Below, one piece after another: positions 62,789 through 64,000 of a stretch of DNA of 64,000 bases (its first letter is position 1; every line of letters begins with the position of its first letter). The notes under the pieces are model-generated. The model was not told the DNA's origin and did no database searches. It was given only the letters and a program-made list of their open reading frames with translations. Source of the stretch: Gammaproteobacteria bacterium (GTDB taxonomy: Bacteria > Pseudomonadota > Gammaproteobacteria > G965277405); contig OZ255726.1 of assembly GCA_965277405.1 (NCBI GenBank), positions 1,952,001 through 2,016,000 on the forward strand, written 5' to 3'. Both the position numbers and the translations under genes were made by a program.

Positions 62789-63649
62789 TTAGCGTAACCA
62801 CAATGATTTTTTAAATCCATAGACGACAAAGCCAAGCGATACCAGCTGTTGCAGCATCAGAATCGTTTTGCCTTGCAGTAGCATTAACGCAGCCATACTG
62901 AGGTTCATCAACATGAAAAAACACCATCCGTAAGCGTTGTTGTTGGCAATTGCATAGCTTCCTAGTAAGAACCCGAACATCACAGCTATTTCTAATACTT
63001 GTGAAATAGCTGTAATACCAGCATGATGGTAGATGCTATAGCTCAAGCCAATCGTTAGAGAAACGTACGTACAGCAGACAACGATAAGAGTAAATAGCTT
63101 TTGTTGTTGTTGATTTTCGTAGTAACTGTTGTATAGCCCTAACAGCATAGCAGGCACGGCTCCAACTTGGATTGATGCAGCTATCCAGTCATGTTCACCA
63201 ATTAATATAACCGCCCAAGCTGGTACGCCCAAGATATACACAAGCCAACCAGTTATTTTTAGGTGTTTTTTAAGCTGCGATGGTTGGCCTGCTGCTAAGG
63301 AAGCTCTGATTAAGTCGCTGATGGAGCGAGTTTGCCTGCAAGTGCTGATGATTGCAAGGCGCATTCCGCAGGCGCATGCCGTAGCATATACGCCAAGGGA
63401 TGCAACACAGCAAGTACCGCTGCAGCAAACCTTTGTATATTCAACAGAAGGACGGGAAAAAACGCTGCGCTAACGTCGTTGCAGCACTTGATAATACCAC
63501 CAGTATTATCTGCGCACTGCGCCTAGTTATCATCAGCGTTTTTTCTCCGTCTCGCCCATCATGGACTTAATCAGAGCTTCCCTAACGGCAAATAATATTT
63601 TATTTGCGAGGTAAAATACACCAGCTCAAACTTGGAGTAGTAGATCCAT
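62789..63649 (-). pseudogene. Multi-pass membrane protein (PnuC-like, tentative) disrupted by a nonsense codon and a MITE
   Basis: 5' part ATG at 63649 reads MDLLLQV*AGVFYLANKILFA (TGA at 63626-63628). MITE at 63299-63581. The 3' part has a GW...GW hydrophobic duplication. Confidence 0.65.
63299..63581 (+). mobile_element. MITE (283 bp)
   Basis: Perfect 18-bp TIRs GGAAGCTCTGATTAAGTC; CTAA target duplication. Confidence 0.95.
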
Positions 63650-63690
63650 ACATGTATATCCTTGGGGAACTCGCTACAGTTATACTTGTT

Positions 63691-63720
63691 GTTGCAACTT
63701 GCTGCAACTTGCTGCAACTT
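63691..63720. repeat. 10-bp tandem repeat (GYTGCAACTT x3)
   Basis: Read directly from the sequence. Confidence 0.85.
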
Positions 63721-63783
63721 GCAATTGCTGCATTGTGTGGGCACACTCGCCATAGAAAAATTTTATTATCGAGCGGTTGGAGT

Positions 63784-64000
63784 ATGAACGCAACGAGTCT
63801 GTTTACCACATTAGCACCAATATTAGCATTGATTGTGTTGGGTTACGTATTGCGGCGGTTGAAGATTGTCCCAAAAACGGCTTGGGCTGGTATTGAACGT
63901 ATTACGTATTACGTGTTATTTCCAGCATTATTAATCAACGCTATTGGCAGCCAGAGTGTTATTGGCACACCGTGGCGTGACATGATGCTGGTTGCAGTCG
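63784..64000 (+). CDS. AEC-family transporter, 3'-truncated by the window edge
   Basis: MNATSLFTTLAPILALIVLGYVLRR...W.GIERITYYVLFPALL. Confidence 0.8.
   Translation, partial: MNATSLFTTLAPILALIVLGYVLRRLKIVPKTAWAGIERITYYVLFPALLINAIGSQSVIGTPWRDMMLVAV

Noticed and set aside
63626-63628. In-frame TGA at a likely Trp position as evidence of genetic-code reassignment
   Set aside because: TGA terminates many clear genes here (e.g. dppC-like, amidase, dgcB, rplK); it is better read as a nonsense mutation.

Overview
Chromosomal window from a divergent, moderately AT-rich gammaproteobacterium (sensu lato; inferred from the RpoB/RpoC/EF-Tu sequences). In order it holds: a GC-richer Dpp/Opp-type ABC transporter plus amidase; a methylglycine/C1 catabolic cluster (dgcB, ETF, soxBDAG, fdhD, mobA, fdsGBAD); a damaged DinJ/YafQ-type toxin-antitoxin pair; comEC-exbB-exbD; petABC-mlaA; tRNA-Glu; a 938-aa porin with a ~49-unit 12-aa repeat insertion; a class I lysyl-tRNA synthetase; the tRNA-Thr/Tyr/Gly/Thr-tuf-tRNA-Trp-secE-nusG-rplKAJL-rpoBC block; purM; a CopG/ParE-type TA pair beside tRNA-Cys; nadK, proS, yhbY, an L,D-transpeptidase, tsaB, radC, recN, tkt; a disrupted membrane-protein gene; and a partial AEC transporter. 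Two signals stand out. (1) The porin repeat insertion has a nested mirror-symmetric layout (6+10 | centre | 10+6 units between marker units), suggesting an out-and-back extracellular stalk. (2) A ~285-bp IS5-like MITE family (five full copies plus relics) shows co-varying ends and a structured interior, disrupts two genes, and offers both downstream fragments an in-frame ATG. All calls come from reading the sequence; no searches were run.
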